DNA of 64,000 nt from Gemmatimonadota bacterium (GTDB taxonomy: Bacteria > Gemmatimonadota > Gemmatimonadetes > Gemmatimonadales > GWC2-71-9): positions 35,360 to 99,359 of the forward strand of contig JANMHX010000025.1 in assembly GCA_031375485.1 (NCBI GenBank), in the 5' to 3' direction. Of this stretch, positions 47,923 through 58,772 are shown one piece after another. Both the position numbers and the translations under genes were made by a program. The notes under the pieces are model-generated. The model did not search any database. It was not told where the DNA came from and saw only the letters and a program-made list of their open reading frames with translations. Position 1 is the first letter of the stretch. Every line of letters begins with the position of its first letter.

Positions 47923-48968
47923 AGCGCGTGCGCCGCTTGCCGGGCCAGGACCGCGACCCGTTCGTTGAAGGACGCAAACCGCTCATCGCTGGTGAATCCG
48001 CGGACGTAGCGAGCATAGATCTGCTGCAGGATGACCGCCAGCTTGAACACGCCGAAGACGTAGTAAAAGCGGAGATTTCCGACCGTGACCCCGGCCTGCT
48101 CGGCGTACCGGTCCGCGAACCGCTGGCGCGTCCACATCCCGGGCGCGAGCGGCCCCATCGCAGCGGCCCGAAACGGCGCCGGATCGCCCGGCTCGAGCAA
48201 GTAGGCGAGCGCGGTGCCCAGATCCATCAACGGGTCGCCGATCGTGGCCATCTCCCAATCGAGCACCGCTTCCACCCGGCCAAGATCACCGGCGGCCAGC
48301 ATGACGTTGTCGAACTTGAAATCGTTGTGAATGACCGCGGCGCCGCGTTCCGCGGGCATGTTCTCCGCCAGCCACCGCCCGACGGCGTCGAGGTCGGGCA
48401 CCGCGTCGGTCTCGGCTTTGCTGTATCGCTCGGTCCACCCTTTCACTTGGCGGGCCACGTACCCGTCGGGTTTGCCGAAGTCGGCCAAGCCGATCGCTCG
48501 ATAGTCGAGGCGGTGGAGGGCCGCGAGGGTATCCGCCATGGCTTGGCAGAGCCGGCCCACCAGCACCGGATCCGTCATCAGTTCGGGCGGAAACACCTGG
48601 TGGAGCACGACCCCATGACGTCGTTCCATCAGGTAGAACGGCACCCCGAGTACCCCGGGGTCGTCACAGTAGAACAGGGGCCGGGGCGCCGGCCCGAACA
48701 CCGGCGCCAAGGCACTCAAGATCTTGAATTCACGGCCCATGTCGTGGGCCGATTTGACCTGGTTGCCGAACGGCGGACGACGGAGCACGTAGTCGAACCC
48801 GTCGACGCTGACGAGATAAGTCAGGTTGGAATGGCCGTGGCGGAACTGACGGATGACCGGTTCGCTCCGGAGTCCGGGCTGCTGGGCCTTGAGATACGCC
48901 GCGAGCGCGCCCTGGTCCAGTTCCTCGCCGGGGCGAATCGAATCCGCGGCGTTCGGCGGGAGACTCAC
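47919..48968 (-). CDS. APH-like phosphotransferase (ACAD10/11 N-terminal kinase-domain type)
   Basis: The kinase motifs are HNDFKFDNVM and LDWEMATIGDPLMD. The N-terminus QFRHGHSNLTYLV resembles the ACAD10/11 kinase domain. It has a GTGA overlap with the upstream gene. Confidence 0.85.
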   Translation of the reverse strand: MSLPPNAADSIRPGEELDQGALAAYLKAQQPGLRSEPVIRQFRHGHSNLTYLVSVDGFDYVLRRPPFGNQVKSAHDMGREFKILSALAPVFGPAPRPLFYCDDPGVLGVPFYLMERRHGVVLHQVFPPELMTDPVLVGRLCQAMADTLAALHRLDYRAIGLADFGKPDGYVARQVKGWTERYSKAETDAVPDLDAVGRWLAENMPAERGAAVIHNDFKFDNVMLAAGDLGRVEAVLDWEMATIGDPLMDLGTALAYLLEPGDPAPFRAAAMGPLAPGMWTRQRFADRYAEQAGVTVGNLRFYYVFGVFKLAVILQQIYARYVRGFTSDERFASFNERVAVLARQAAHAL

Positions 48969-49734
48969 GCCTGCTCCTCGAGCCGTTGGTGGAGCCGCTG
49001 CATGCCTTTGATCCAGCGATCGCGGTCGGCCGCCTTCCGGGCGATGTATTCACGGACTTGGGGATGGGGCAGGATCAAGAAGGTCTCGGCCTCCATGCCC
49101 CGGACGACGGCCTCGGCCACGGCCTCGGGCTCGATGGCCTCGGGCGACAAGAGCGCCGTGATCCGGTCGTCGCTGGAGGTGAGCATCGGGGTCTTGACGC
49201 CTAACGGGCAGACACAGGAGACCCGGACGCCCAGGGCCCCGTAGGTGACCGCCAGCCACTCGGCAAACGCCACGGCGGCATGTTTGGTGACCGCATACGG
49301 CGCGGATCCGAGTTGGGTCAACAGGCCGGCGGCCGAGGCCACGTTGACGAGGTATCCCTGGCCGCGGCGGATCATGTCGGGCACCAACACCCGGGCGGCC
49401 CAGACGTGAGCCATCACGTTGATATCCATGATCCGGCGCCATTCGGCATCGGGGGTCTCGGGGCCGCCGCCGATGGCAATGCCGGCGTTGGAGACGAACA
49501 CGTCGATCGGCCCGACCCGTTGCTCGACGTGCGCCACCAAGGCGATCAGATCGCGTTCCTGGCTGACGTCGGTCCGGAAGGCCACGCCATTGATGGCCGC
49601 CGCCACCCGTTCGGCACCCGCGAGGTCCACGTCGGTCACGACCACCCGGGCCCCCTCGGCGGCAAACCGGTGGCAGAGGGCCCGGCCGATGCCGCTGGCG
49701 CCGCCGGTGACCACCGCCACCCGGCCGTCGAGTT

Positions 49735-49738
<4 letters not shown>
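48965..49738 (-). CDS. SDR family oxidoreductase
   Basis: ATG at 49738 gives [18 protein letters not shown] and forms an ATGA overlap with the ACAD stop. The catalytic motif is YAVTK. Confidence 0.85.
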
Positions 49739-50946
<1,208 letters not shown>

Positions 50947-50994
50947 CCGCCAAACTTATCTCGCCCGGGTGACCCGCGCGATACTACTCGTGGG

Positions 50995-51627
50995 CTATCG
51001 GATCCCGGCGCCGAGCCGGCCACCGACCCGCGACGGGCCGGAGCTCCGAAGCCCGCCCGGCGTCGAGGGCGACGTCCGGTTGATCGCCACCCCATGATTC
51101 CCATGGGCGCCCGGACGATCGAGGTCGCAGTCATCGTCGATCCCGCCCCGGCCGCCCCGAATCAGAACGGTCGGGCCCCGCCGGGTGAATCCTTCCGAGC
51201 CATCCATGGCCGGGTAGTCGGCGCCGGGAGCCTGAAACGACATCGGGAGCCCCCGGTCCTTGATCTCGACGACGTCTTCGGTGCCGACGGCCGATGCCGG
51301 GGTGGCCGTGGAGGGGCCCCCAACCGGCTGAAGCGTCGGTTCGACCGCAGACGATGTGAGGACCGGTTCAACCGGCGTCGGCTCCGCGACGGGAGCCGGG
51401 ACCGGCTGATCCGCGAGGGCGCGTTCGACCGGGCGATTCTTGGGAGCCACGAGCGGCCGGCCGGCCTCGAGATCCGAGATGGCGGGGGCTTGGCCGGCCG
51501 GGGCCTCGATCAGCTGAAGGTCGCGGGCTGACTTCGCGCCGGTCGCCTCTTGCGGCGAGCGGGCGGGCGTGGAACATGCGGCTAACCAGCCCGCGGCGAC
51601 CAGGCTCGAGACGACGGTGGCTTTCAT
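50995..51627 (-). CDS. Hypothetical lipoprotein, Pro/Ala-rich linker
   Basis: Internal ATG at 51627 gives MKATVVSSLVAAGWLAAC, which contains a lipobox. The remainder is low-complexity, with a C-terminal GGIDDDCDLDRPGAHGNHG segment. Confidence 0.55.
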   Translation of the reverse strand: MKATVVSSLVAAGWLAACSTPARSPQEATGAKSARDLQLIEAPAGQAPAISDLEAGRPLVAPKNRPVERALADQPVPAPVAEPTPVEPVLTSSAVEPTLQPVGGPSTATPASAVGTEDVVEIKDRGLPMSFQAPGADYPAMDGSEGFTRRGPTVLIRGGRGGIDDDCDLDRPGAHGNHGVAINRTSPSTPGGLRSSGPSRVGGRLGAGIR

Positions 51628-51796
51628 GGATGCCCTCGGTTGGAGATCAACTACCAATGTACCGTAATCCGCAGCCCCTGGCTCGACCGCATTTGCCGCG
51701 CCAGTCGGTAAGTTGAGGCGGGACCAGGGGAACCGGGGCCCTCACCGGCTCCAGTGTCACCCCTGGAGTACAGCGATCGTCACTTCGGAGGGACAG

Positions 51797-52291
51797 ATGA
51801 TCAAGCACTGGGGGCTTCGCCTGTGGTTAGCCCAAACCCTGATTGCAGGCTGCCGCGCACCCGAGGTCGAGGGCCGGACGGGCCCGGATGCCGCGCTGGC
51901 CGACACCCTCAAGGCCCGGATCGAAACGGCCTACGACTTCACGAAGCCGGGGGTCGCGGACCGAATGAACGCTCTCTACCCCGATTCCGGCCGGGTGGTA
52001 TCGGCGAGTGGCGGCCAGATCGTCGCATCGACCGACTCGATCCGGGCGGGCATTGCGGCCTTCTGGACCAACGCCGGCCAGAATATGCGGGAGGCCAAGT
52101 GGGTCTGGGGTGAGGTCTACGCTGACCGCCTCGGTCCGGACGGGGGCGTGCTGACGGCGACGTGGTCGATCCCCCACATCGCGCCGACTGGAAATCCGCA
52201 TACCATTCGGGGTGCGTGGACCGCGGTCTTTCGACGGCTTGGCGGGACCTGGATGATCGTGGCCGAGCATCTGTCGGTTCCGCCGACCTGA
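51797..52291 (+). CDS. SnoaL-like/DUF4440 (NTF2 fold) lipoprotein
   Basis: ATG at 51797 is preceded by GGAGGG. A lipobox is present (LIAGC). The C-terminus RGAWTAVFRRLGGTWMIVAEHLS is typical of NTF2-like proteins. Confidence 0.65.
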   Translation: MIKHWGLRLWLAQTLIAGCRAPEVEGRTGPDAALADTLKARIETAYDFTKPGVADRMNALYPDSGRVVSASGGQIVASTDSIRAGIAAFWTNAGQNMREAKWVWGEVYADRLGPDGGVLTATWSIPHIAPTGNPHTIRGAWTAVFRRLGGTWMIVAEHLSVPPT

Positions 52292-52301
52292 GGGCCCGGG
52301 A

Positions 52302-53909
52302 TCAATTCCTCGCGCCGGCTGGCGAGGCACCGGCGGGACACCCGACCGCCCCGTCCACCATCGCCCGCAATCCCTCCGCCTTGACGCTCACCAGGTCGCG
52401 GGCGCTGGCCACCGACCAATTCCAGCTCCGCCAGTCGGCCGCCCCCACGTTCCCCGGACCCCACTGCTTCAACAGCCCGCGCGCGAGAACGCACCGCGGC
52501 CCCGGAGGGAGTTCGGGCAGGGCGGCCAGCAATGTGGGAACGGCGTCGGCGCTGAGCGATGCGAGATAGTCCGCATCGACCGCTGCTCCGGACGGATCCG
52601 CCCCAGGGGGCACTGCCCCGGCGCGCGCCAGGTTGGTCCGGGCGATCCGCATGTCGGGGTTCAACGCCACCAGCACCGCAACGAGCGCGAAGGCGGAGAC
52701 CAGCGCGGCCCTCGCGAAGCGCTCGCGTCGGCCTCGGAGTACGGTGGCGGCGAACCAAAGCGTCAGGAGCGTCAACCACCCGAGGAAGGCGGCCCCGTAG
52801 AACCGCGACTCGGTCAAGCCGTACGCGGCTTGGTAGATCCGGACTCGCTGGAGCGCGGAGGCAATGATCACGAGCAGGAGGAGGAGCAGGAGGCCGCCCA
52901 GCGCGCGGAAGATGACGGCGTCGTGGCGCTGCCGGGGTCGGAGGAGCCAGTCGGCCCCAAGGAGCAACGGGAGCACGAGCGCGCATGCCAGCGCGAGTTG
53001 TCCGAAGCCCTCTCGGACATACTCGGCGTAGGTGAGGCCCGGGGTGACCTCGACGAGGCCGCTCCCGCCGAACAGGTAGCGGAACTGAAAGCTCACGAAG
53101 AGGAGGAAAAGGAGGTCGACCAACAGGAGGGCGGTCCCGATCTCGACGATGCCGGCCGCGGGGCGCGGGCCTAACGCGTCCCTCAGGTTGACAAGCCGGG
53201 TACCGGTCAGGAATCCGGTGAGATACCCACACGCAAGCCAGGTGAGGCCGGCGGTCGCGGCGACGTGCGAGACGAGCTCATGGTAATCGAGATCCACCAG
53301 GTCGGTGACGCGCTCGGCAAAGATCCGGTCGGCGGACATGAAGAGGGCACCGAACGCGAGCAGAAAAGGAATGGCGAGCAGGAGGCCCCGGAACATGGCC
53401 CCGGCGGGATGCCGGGCTGCCTCGCCCGGCGCAACCGAAGTCGCCGGTGATCCACCCTGGGGCGATTTGCCGGCGAACGCCGCTTGAGCCAGCCGGAGCG
53501 CGCCGGCCATCGCGTTGACGCCGGCCCAGGCCACCGCCTCGATCTGCTCGCTCACGCTGCTCTGCCGGAGCCAAGCGGCCCCGGCACGGAGGGCCGGAAG
53601 CGCGAAGGCCACCGCTGCGGCCAGGAACGCGAGTGACCGGAGCGGCTCGGAGCCGCGGAGCACCAGCGTGGCGCCGAACGCAATCCCAACCCCTAGGCTG
53701 ACCCGGGCCTCGCCGCTCGGCACGAGGCCGGCGCGGCGGCAGACCATCCAGACCGCCCCGCCAAGGCCCGCCAGGAGGAGAAAGACATTGAGTCCCGGTC
53801 CGTCGGCGCCGCGAAGCAGGAAATCGCCGGCGACGCCGAGCGCGAGGGCGGCCGCGGCGACGGCGCGGACGGGAAGGACCACGGGCCGGGCGGGTGCAAA
53901 GGGAGGCAT
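52302..53909 (-). CDS. DUF4153/DUF4173 polytopic membrane protein
   Basis: ATG at 53909. About 12 TM helices are followed by a C-terminal soluble domain (DADYLASLSADAVPTLL). The family name is from memory. Confidence 0.7.
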   Translation of the reverse strand: MPPFAPARPVVLPVRAVAAAALALGVAGDFLLRGADGPGLNVFLLLAGLGGAVWMVCRRAGLVPSGEARVSLGVGIAFGATLVLRGSEPLRSLAFLAAAVAFALPALRAGAAWLRQSSVSEQIEAVAWAGVNAMAGALRLAQAAFAGKSPQGGSPATSVAPGEAARHPAGAMFRGLLLAIPFLLAFGALFMSADRIFAERVTDLVDLDYHELVSHVAATAGLTWLACGYLTGFLTGTRLVNLRDALGPRPAAGIVEIGTALLLVDLLFLLFVSFQFRYLFGGSGLVEVTPGLTYAEYVREGFGQLALACALVLPLLLGADWLLRPRQRHDAVIFRALGGLLLLLLLVIIASALQRVRIYQAAYGLTESRFYGAAFLGWLTLLTLWFAATVLRGRRERFARAALVSAFALVAVLVALNPDMRIARTNLARAGAVPPGADPSGAAVDADYLASLSADAVPTLLAALPELPPGPRCVLARGLLKQWGPGNVGAADWRSWNWSVASARDLVSVKAEGLRAMVDGAVGCPAGASPAGARN

Positions 53910-54028
53910 GATACTGCTAACATGGGACAAATCCACTGCTGTGTCAAGTACTTTACAAAACAAAGAACAGGTATCCTCAGACTACCTTCCGAACTGCCCT
54001 GATTGTGGCGTCGGGCTCCAGCCGGGTC

Positions 54029-54658
54029 CTATGGCGTCACAATCCTGGGAGGAGCTTCGCTGAATGAGTACGGCCCTTTGGCGCACTTGACTGCCGAGTT
54101 GGTCGGGGCAAAAAGCCCGTTCGGGTTGTTCTTCCAGAGCCACACGTGCAGATCCCAGTGGTGGAGTTCCTTCGGCAGTACCGGTTCGTGGCCCTCCATC
54201 GGCCCTTGCAGTGACTGGCCGTGGATCGTCGGGGCGGTTTTCGACAACTGGACCGGCATGAACCACTCTGCCCCAGTGAGCTGGAGGCGCTCGCCCACCC
54301 ATTCGTACAGCAGTACCTGCGGCTTCATGGGGTCCAGCGTCGGACCGACCAAGGCCGGGTTCAGGAAGTGGACCCCCATCGCCCCCGGCTGATACGGCAT
54401 GGTCCCATGGCCTGTCCCATGGCCACCCTCGCCCATCGGAAAATCGATGCACCCCAGGGTCGAGAAGTACCCGTCATGCACCGCAACCACCGGATCGCGG
54501 TATTTCTCGAGTGCGGCCTTGACCGGAACGAGATCCGCCGGAATCTTGGGGCCGGTCTGGGCCGGCAGAGTGGTCGCCGCACCGTTGACCATGCCGATCA
54601 GGGCGAATAGGGCGGCCAAGCAGGCGCCGCGACGAGACGGAGGAGCGACCGGGATCAT
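54029..54658 (-). CDS. Hypothetical exported protein with His/Gly-rich loop
   Basis: Signal peptide ...ACLAALFALIGMVNGAATTLPAQ. The loop is GEGGHGTGHGTM and a conserved-looking tail is HHWDLHVWLWKNNPNGLF. Confidence 0.65.
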   Translation of the reverse strand: MIPVAPPSRRGACLAALFALIGMVNGAATTLPAQTGPKIPADLVPVKAALEKYRDPVVAVHDGYFSTLGCIDFPMGEGGHGTGHGTMPYQPGAMGVHFLNPALVGPTLDPMKPQVLLYEWVGERLQLTGAEWFMPVQLSKTAPTIHGQSLQGPMEGHEPVLPKELHHWDLHVWLWKNNPNGLFAPTNSAVKCAKGPYSFSEAPPRIVTP

Positions 54659-54792
54659 GGATCTCCTTCAGCAAGAGAACGGACCCAACAGGCGATCATC
54701 CGAATATCGGGATCGCGGCGGTTTCCCGCTACCCCCGGGCCAATTCACCGCAGGGAGCGGAGTGCCTTCAGCCCGTGCCGGATCCTTCGAGC

Positions 54793-56490
54793 CTAACGCA
54801 CCCTGGTGAATCGCAGATGCCGCACCCGCCCGGACTCGACCAGGAACCCGGTGATCCGCCCTTTCCGGTCCCGTACCACGTCGATCACACTCCCGCCCCG
54901 GGTGAAGCCGTCCTGGTAGCTTGGCTCCAAGACTCCGAGCCGCCGGTAGCCCGCATAGACCGCGAGCTGCCCTTTCTCGACCTTCCAGGAGTGGGTCACG
55001 TCCACTTCGTCGCTCCGATAGTCGCCGGCGTATTCGGCGAGTTTCGCGGCGTCGAGCGCGACGGTGTCGGCGCGGGCGAACGTCGCGACCCCCGCCGCCG
55101 TGCGGACCACCATCCCGGTGGGCACCGGCCCGTCACCCTCGAAGCGGACTTCCGTGCCGCTCTCGGTTCGGAACCGATTCCCGCCTAACGGCACGTACCG
55201 GGTCGGGGGGGTGCCGTCGGAGACGAGCGAGTCGCCCGTCATCCGGGTCCGCCGAACCTCGCCGCGTTCGACGTTCCGCCAGACGCCCGTGAGGCGCCGG
55301 AGTTCCGCCGTGGGCACGTCGACTCGCGGGGCCCGGGCCAGCGGCTCGGTCCAGGCCGCCACGGAGTCCGGCTCCATTCGGTCGCCGAGGTAGATCGCGG
55401 CCACCTTCTGCGCCAGCGAATCCGGGCCCGAGGTCGCAAGGTTACAGAATGTGGCGACGGCAAAGCGCTGGTCGGGAAAGCGGAGGAAGTGGCCCCGGAA
55501 GCCGCCCCAGCTGCCGCCGTGGGATACGACGCGGAGGCCGCGCGCCGTCCCGACCGTGAGGCCGACCGCGTACGCCAGGCCCGGCGCCGAGGTGGCGGGC
55601 GAGCCGTTGGTCAACTTGGTCGCGGTGGTCATGGTGGTGATGATATCGCGGCCGCCGACGGTGGCGGCATCGTAGTTGTTGAGCCAGCGGCCGAAGTCTT
55701 CCACCGTGGTGTGAATCCCACCGGCGCCCATGATCGCCCCGTCGTAGGGGTTCCGCTGGACTCGGTAACTCTTCTCGCGGATGGAGTAGCTCTCGGCCAA
55801 GTTCGGAATGATGGCGGCGCGGTCCACCAGGAAGCGGGTGTCCCGCATGCCGAGCGGCCCGAAGATCCGTTCCTCGGCGAACTGGGCGAGGGTCTTGCCC
55901 GTTAGGCGGTACACGGCTTGGGCGGCCAGGATCCAGCCGGTGTTGGTGTACAGGTACCGCTCGCCGGGTTCGTAGTTGGGCTCGGCCGAGTGGGTGATGA
56001 TGTTGAGCGCGTCGACCGTGTCGCCCGCGAACGTTCGGCCGGTCTGTCCCCAGAGGGTCCAGAGATCGCGGAGCCCGCTGGTTTGGCTCAGAGCCCGCCG
56101 CCAAGTGATCCGGTCGGCATAGGGCGGCATCTCGGGGTAGAGTTTCCGGATCGGATCGTCGAGCGAGAGTTTGCCGTCCTTTTCCAAGAGCAGCATGGCC
56201 ATCGCGGTGAACTGTTTCGAGATCGAGCCGACGTCGAGGACGGTGCGGGGCGAGATCGGGACGCTGTACTCGAGGCTGGCCAAGCCGTAGCCGCGGGCGT
56301 AGCGGATCGCGCCGTTCTCATAGACGCCGAGGGCGCAGCCGGGCGAGTCGGTCCGGTCGAAGGCCCGGAAGACGCTGTCGGCCCGGATGGCCTTGTCGTC
56401 GCGGGAGCCGATGATGTACTGGGCTCTGGCCGGGCTCACAATGGTGAGCAAGGCGAGCGCGGGGACGAGACGGAGGACGTGGCGGAGCAT
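54793..56490 (-). CDS. Serine hydrolase, beta-lactamase/S12 family, exported
   Basis: ATG at 56490 gives the signal MLRHVLRLVPALALLTIVSPARAQ. The SxxK motif is SISK and the YxN motif is YTN. A C-terminal extra domain is present. Confidence 0.85.
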   Translation of the reverse strand: MLRHVLRLVPALALLTIVSPARAQYIIGSRDDKAIRADSVFRAFDRTDSPGCALGVYENGAIRYARGYGLASLEYSVPISPRTVLDVGSISKQFTAMAMLLLEKDGKLSLDDPIRKLYPEMPPYADRITWRRALSQTSGLRDLWTLWGQTGRTFAGDTVDALNIITHSAEPNYEPGERYLYTNTGWILAAQAVYRLTGKTLAQFAEERIFGPLGMRDTRFLVDRAAIIPNLAESYSIREKSYRVQRNPYDGAIMGAGGIHTTVEDFGRWLNNYDAATVGGRDIITTMTTATKLTNGSPATSAPGLAYAVGLTVGTARGLRVVSHGGSWGGFRGHFLRFPDQRFAVATFCNLATSGPDSLAQKVAAIYLGDRMEPDSVAAWTEPLARAPRVDVPTAELRRLTGVWRNVERGEVRRTRMTGDSLVSDGTPPTRYVPLGGNRFRTESGTEVRFEGDGPVPTGMVVRTAAGVATFARADTVALDAAKLAEYAGDYRSDEVDVTHSWKVEKGQLAVYAGYRRLGVLEPSYQDGFTRGGSVIDVVRDRKGRITGFLVESGRVRHLRFTRVR

Positions 56491-56630
56491 GATACGCCTG
56501 GATTGGTGTGACTGAGGTTGGCGGGCCGGGGCTGGCCAGTCAAGGTCCACTCGGGCAACACCGTTCTATCCCTTGTCCCGGCGCGGGGGATACCGTAGGG
56601 TAGACCACTGTCATCCATCCTCTAATCCCG

Positions 56631-58673
56631 ATGCCGATGCCTCTCTGCCGATCCCGTCTCCCGCTCACCGCCGTGCTCGTGATGGCGGCCACCGCGCCGG
56701 CCCGCGCCCAAAGCAAGGTCACCTTGGAACACCTCCGCCAGGTGGTCGGGGTTGGCGGCGTGGTGCTCTCCCCCGATGGCGGAACCGCGATCGTGACGGT
56801 CACCCGCCCCTCCTTCGAGCGGAACCGGAATGAATCGGAGCTGTACGCCGTCAACGTGGCCTCCGGGACGCTGCGGCAGTTGACCTTCGATCGCCGGACG
56901 GTCGGGGGCGCCCAGTTTTCTCCCGACGGCCAATCGCTCGGGTTCCTCGCTCCGGACGCGGATAACCGGATGCAAATCTGGGTTCTCCCCATGGGGGCAG
57001 AGTCCGGCGAGGCTCGGCGGGTCACCTCGCACCCGACCGGCGTCGAGCATTTCAGCTGGCGGCCCGATGGCGGCGCCCTCGCGTTCGCCGCGGGCGACGA
57101 GGCCCCCAAGCGGGAGGGCGAAGCCAAGTTTCTCACCACCTTCACGGTTGGCGCCCAGGATCTCTTTCTTCGCGAAAACCTCGAACCGCAGCACGTGTGG
57201 CTGGTGACGCTGGCCGGGGGTTCGCCCCGGCGCCTGACGAGCGGATCGTGGACCCTCGAGTTCGTGCTGCCGCCGGGGAGCCCGCCCTCGGGATTGAATT
57301 GGTCTCCCGACGGCAAGACGATCGCGATCGCCCAAGTGGTCGCGCCCGAAAGCGGCAAGACCGATTCGGTCCATATCTCATTGCTCGACGTCGCCACCGG
57401 CGCCCTCCGGCCGCTCACCTCGGCGCGGACCTTCGAGAGTAACCCGGCCTTTTCGCCCGACGGCCGGTGGATTGCCTACTGGTATCCCCGGGAGGGCCGG
57501 GGTGATTTGTCTTGGGAGAACGAGGTGTGGATTGCCCCGGTGGCCGACGGGACGCCGCGTCCGCTGACCCGGGCCCTCGACCGAAATCTCTTCGGCGCGC
57601 AGTGGATGCCCGGGGGCAAGGCACTCCTGGTGGCCGGCAACGAAGGCACCTCAGTCGGAGTCTGGATCCAACCGCTCGACGGCGCCGCGGAGCGACTGGC
57701 GCTCGGCGATCTGGTGGTCAACGGCGCCTTCGGGTACGACATCACCGTGGCCGACCGCTCCCCGGCGATTGCCTTCACCGCCACCACACCGGGCCACCCG
57801 TCGGAGTTGTACGTCATGGACTCGCCCGCCGCGGCCCCGCGGCGGCTCACCGCGTTCAACGACTGGGTTTCGGGAGTGGCACTCGGACGGATGGAGCGGG
57901 TGACCTGGAAGTCCGATGGGTTCGAGAGCGACGGGGTCCTGGTCTATCCGCCGGGGTTCGATCCCAATCGGAAATACCCACTGGTTCTGCTGATCCACGG
58001 GGGCCCGACCGCATCGTCGAAGCAGTCCTTCAGCATGCAGGCCCAGCTGATGGCGGCCGAGGGCTGGCTGGTCTTTCAACCGAACTACCGGGGGAGCGAC
58101 AACCTGGGCCACGCCTATCAGGCGGCCATCGTCGGCGATGCCGGGGCGGGACCGGGCCGCGACGTGATGGCCGGGGTCGCGATGCTCCGCTCGCGGCCCT
58201 ACGTCGACCGAACCCGCACCGCAGTGACCGGGTGGTCCTACGGCGGCTACATGACGAGCTGGCTGATCGGGAACTACCCGACCGAGTGGACCTCGGCGAT
58301 GGCGGGGGCACCGGTCACCGATCTCGAAGACCAGTACAACTTCGGCGACGGCAGTATCAGCTGGCGGCACTTCCAGGCGGGGAAATCACCCTGGCTCGGC
58401 GACCAAGAGACCTATCGCCGCCAGTCACCGATCAGCTACGCCGCCCGAATCAAAACCCCGACGTTGGTGATGTCGAACATGGAGGACTTTCGGGTCCCCC
58501 CGACCCAGGCTTTCAAACTGTACCGCGCGATGAAGGACAACGGAGTCGAAACCCAGTTCATCGGCTTCCGGGGGCGGACCCATGCTTCGGCCGATCCGGT
58601 CAACGCCCGGGAACGAAACCGGCTCTGGATCGATTGGGTCAAACGGCATTTCGAGGCGAATCTGGTGCCCTGA
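56631..58673 (+). CDS. S9 family peptidase, exported
   Basis: A signal peptide ends in ATAPARAQ. Propeller motifs FSPDG and WSPDG are present. The nucleophile motif is GWSYGGY. Confidence 0.9.
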   Translation: MPMPLCRSRLPLTAVLVMAATAPARAQSKVTLEHLRQVVGVGGVVLSPDGGTAIVTVTRPSFERNRNESELYAVNVASGTLRQLTFDRRTVGGAQFSPDGQSLGFLAPDADNRMQIWVLPMGAESGEARRVTSHPTGVEHFSWRPDGGALAFAAGDEAPKREGEAKFLTTFTVGAQDLFLRENLEPQHVWLVTLAGGSPRRLTSGSWTLEFVLPPGSPPSGLNWSPDGKTIAIAQVVAPESGKTDSVHISLLDVATGALRPLTSARTFESNPAFSPDGRWIAYWYPREGRGDLSWENEVWIAPVADGTPRPLTRALDRNLFGAQWMPGGKALLVAGNEGTSVGVWIQPLDGAAERLALGDLVVNGAFGYDITVADRSPAIAFTATTPGHPSELYVMDSPAAAPRRLTAFNDWVSGVALGRMERVTWKSDGFESDGVLVYPPGFDPNRKYPLVLLIHGGPTASSKQSFSMQAQLMAAEGWLVFQPNYRGSDNLGHAYQAAIVGDAGAGPGRDVMAGVAMLRSRPYVDRTRTAVTGWSYGGYMTSWLIGNYPTEWTSAMAGAPVTDLEDQYNFGDGSISWRHFQAGKSPWLGDQETYRRQSPISYAARIKTPTLVMSNMEDFRVPPTQAFKLYRAMKDNGVETQFIGFRGRTHASADPVNARERNRLWIDWVKRHFEANLVP

Positions 58674-58772
58674 GGATCGCTCCCGAGTCCCACCTCAAGC
58701 CGAAGGAGGCTGCGGCCGATACTCACAGGGGTCAGGATCATTGTCCACCACGACACTTGGATCACCGACCCT

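Noticed and set aside
53922-54002. A 26-codon ORF (MGQIHCCVKYFTKQRTGILRLPSELP) inside the AT-rich island.
   Set aside because: It has no ribosome-binding site and lies in what is more simply the promoter of the DUF4153 gene. There is no supporting evidence.
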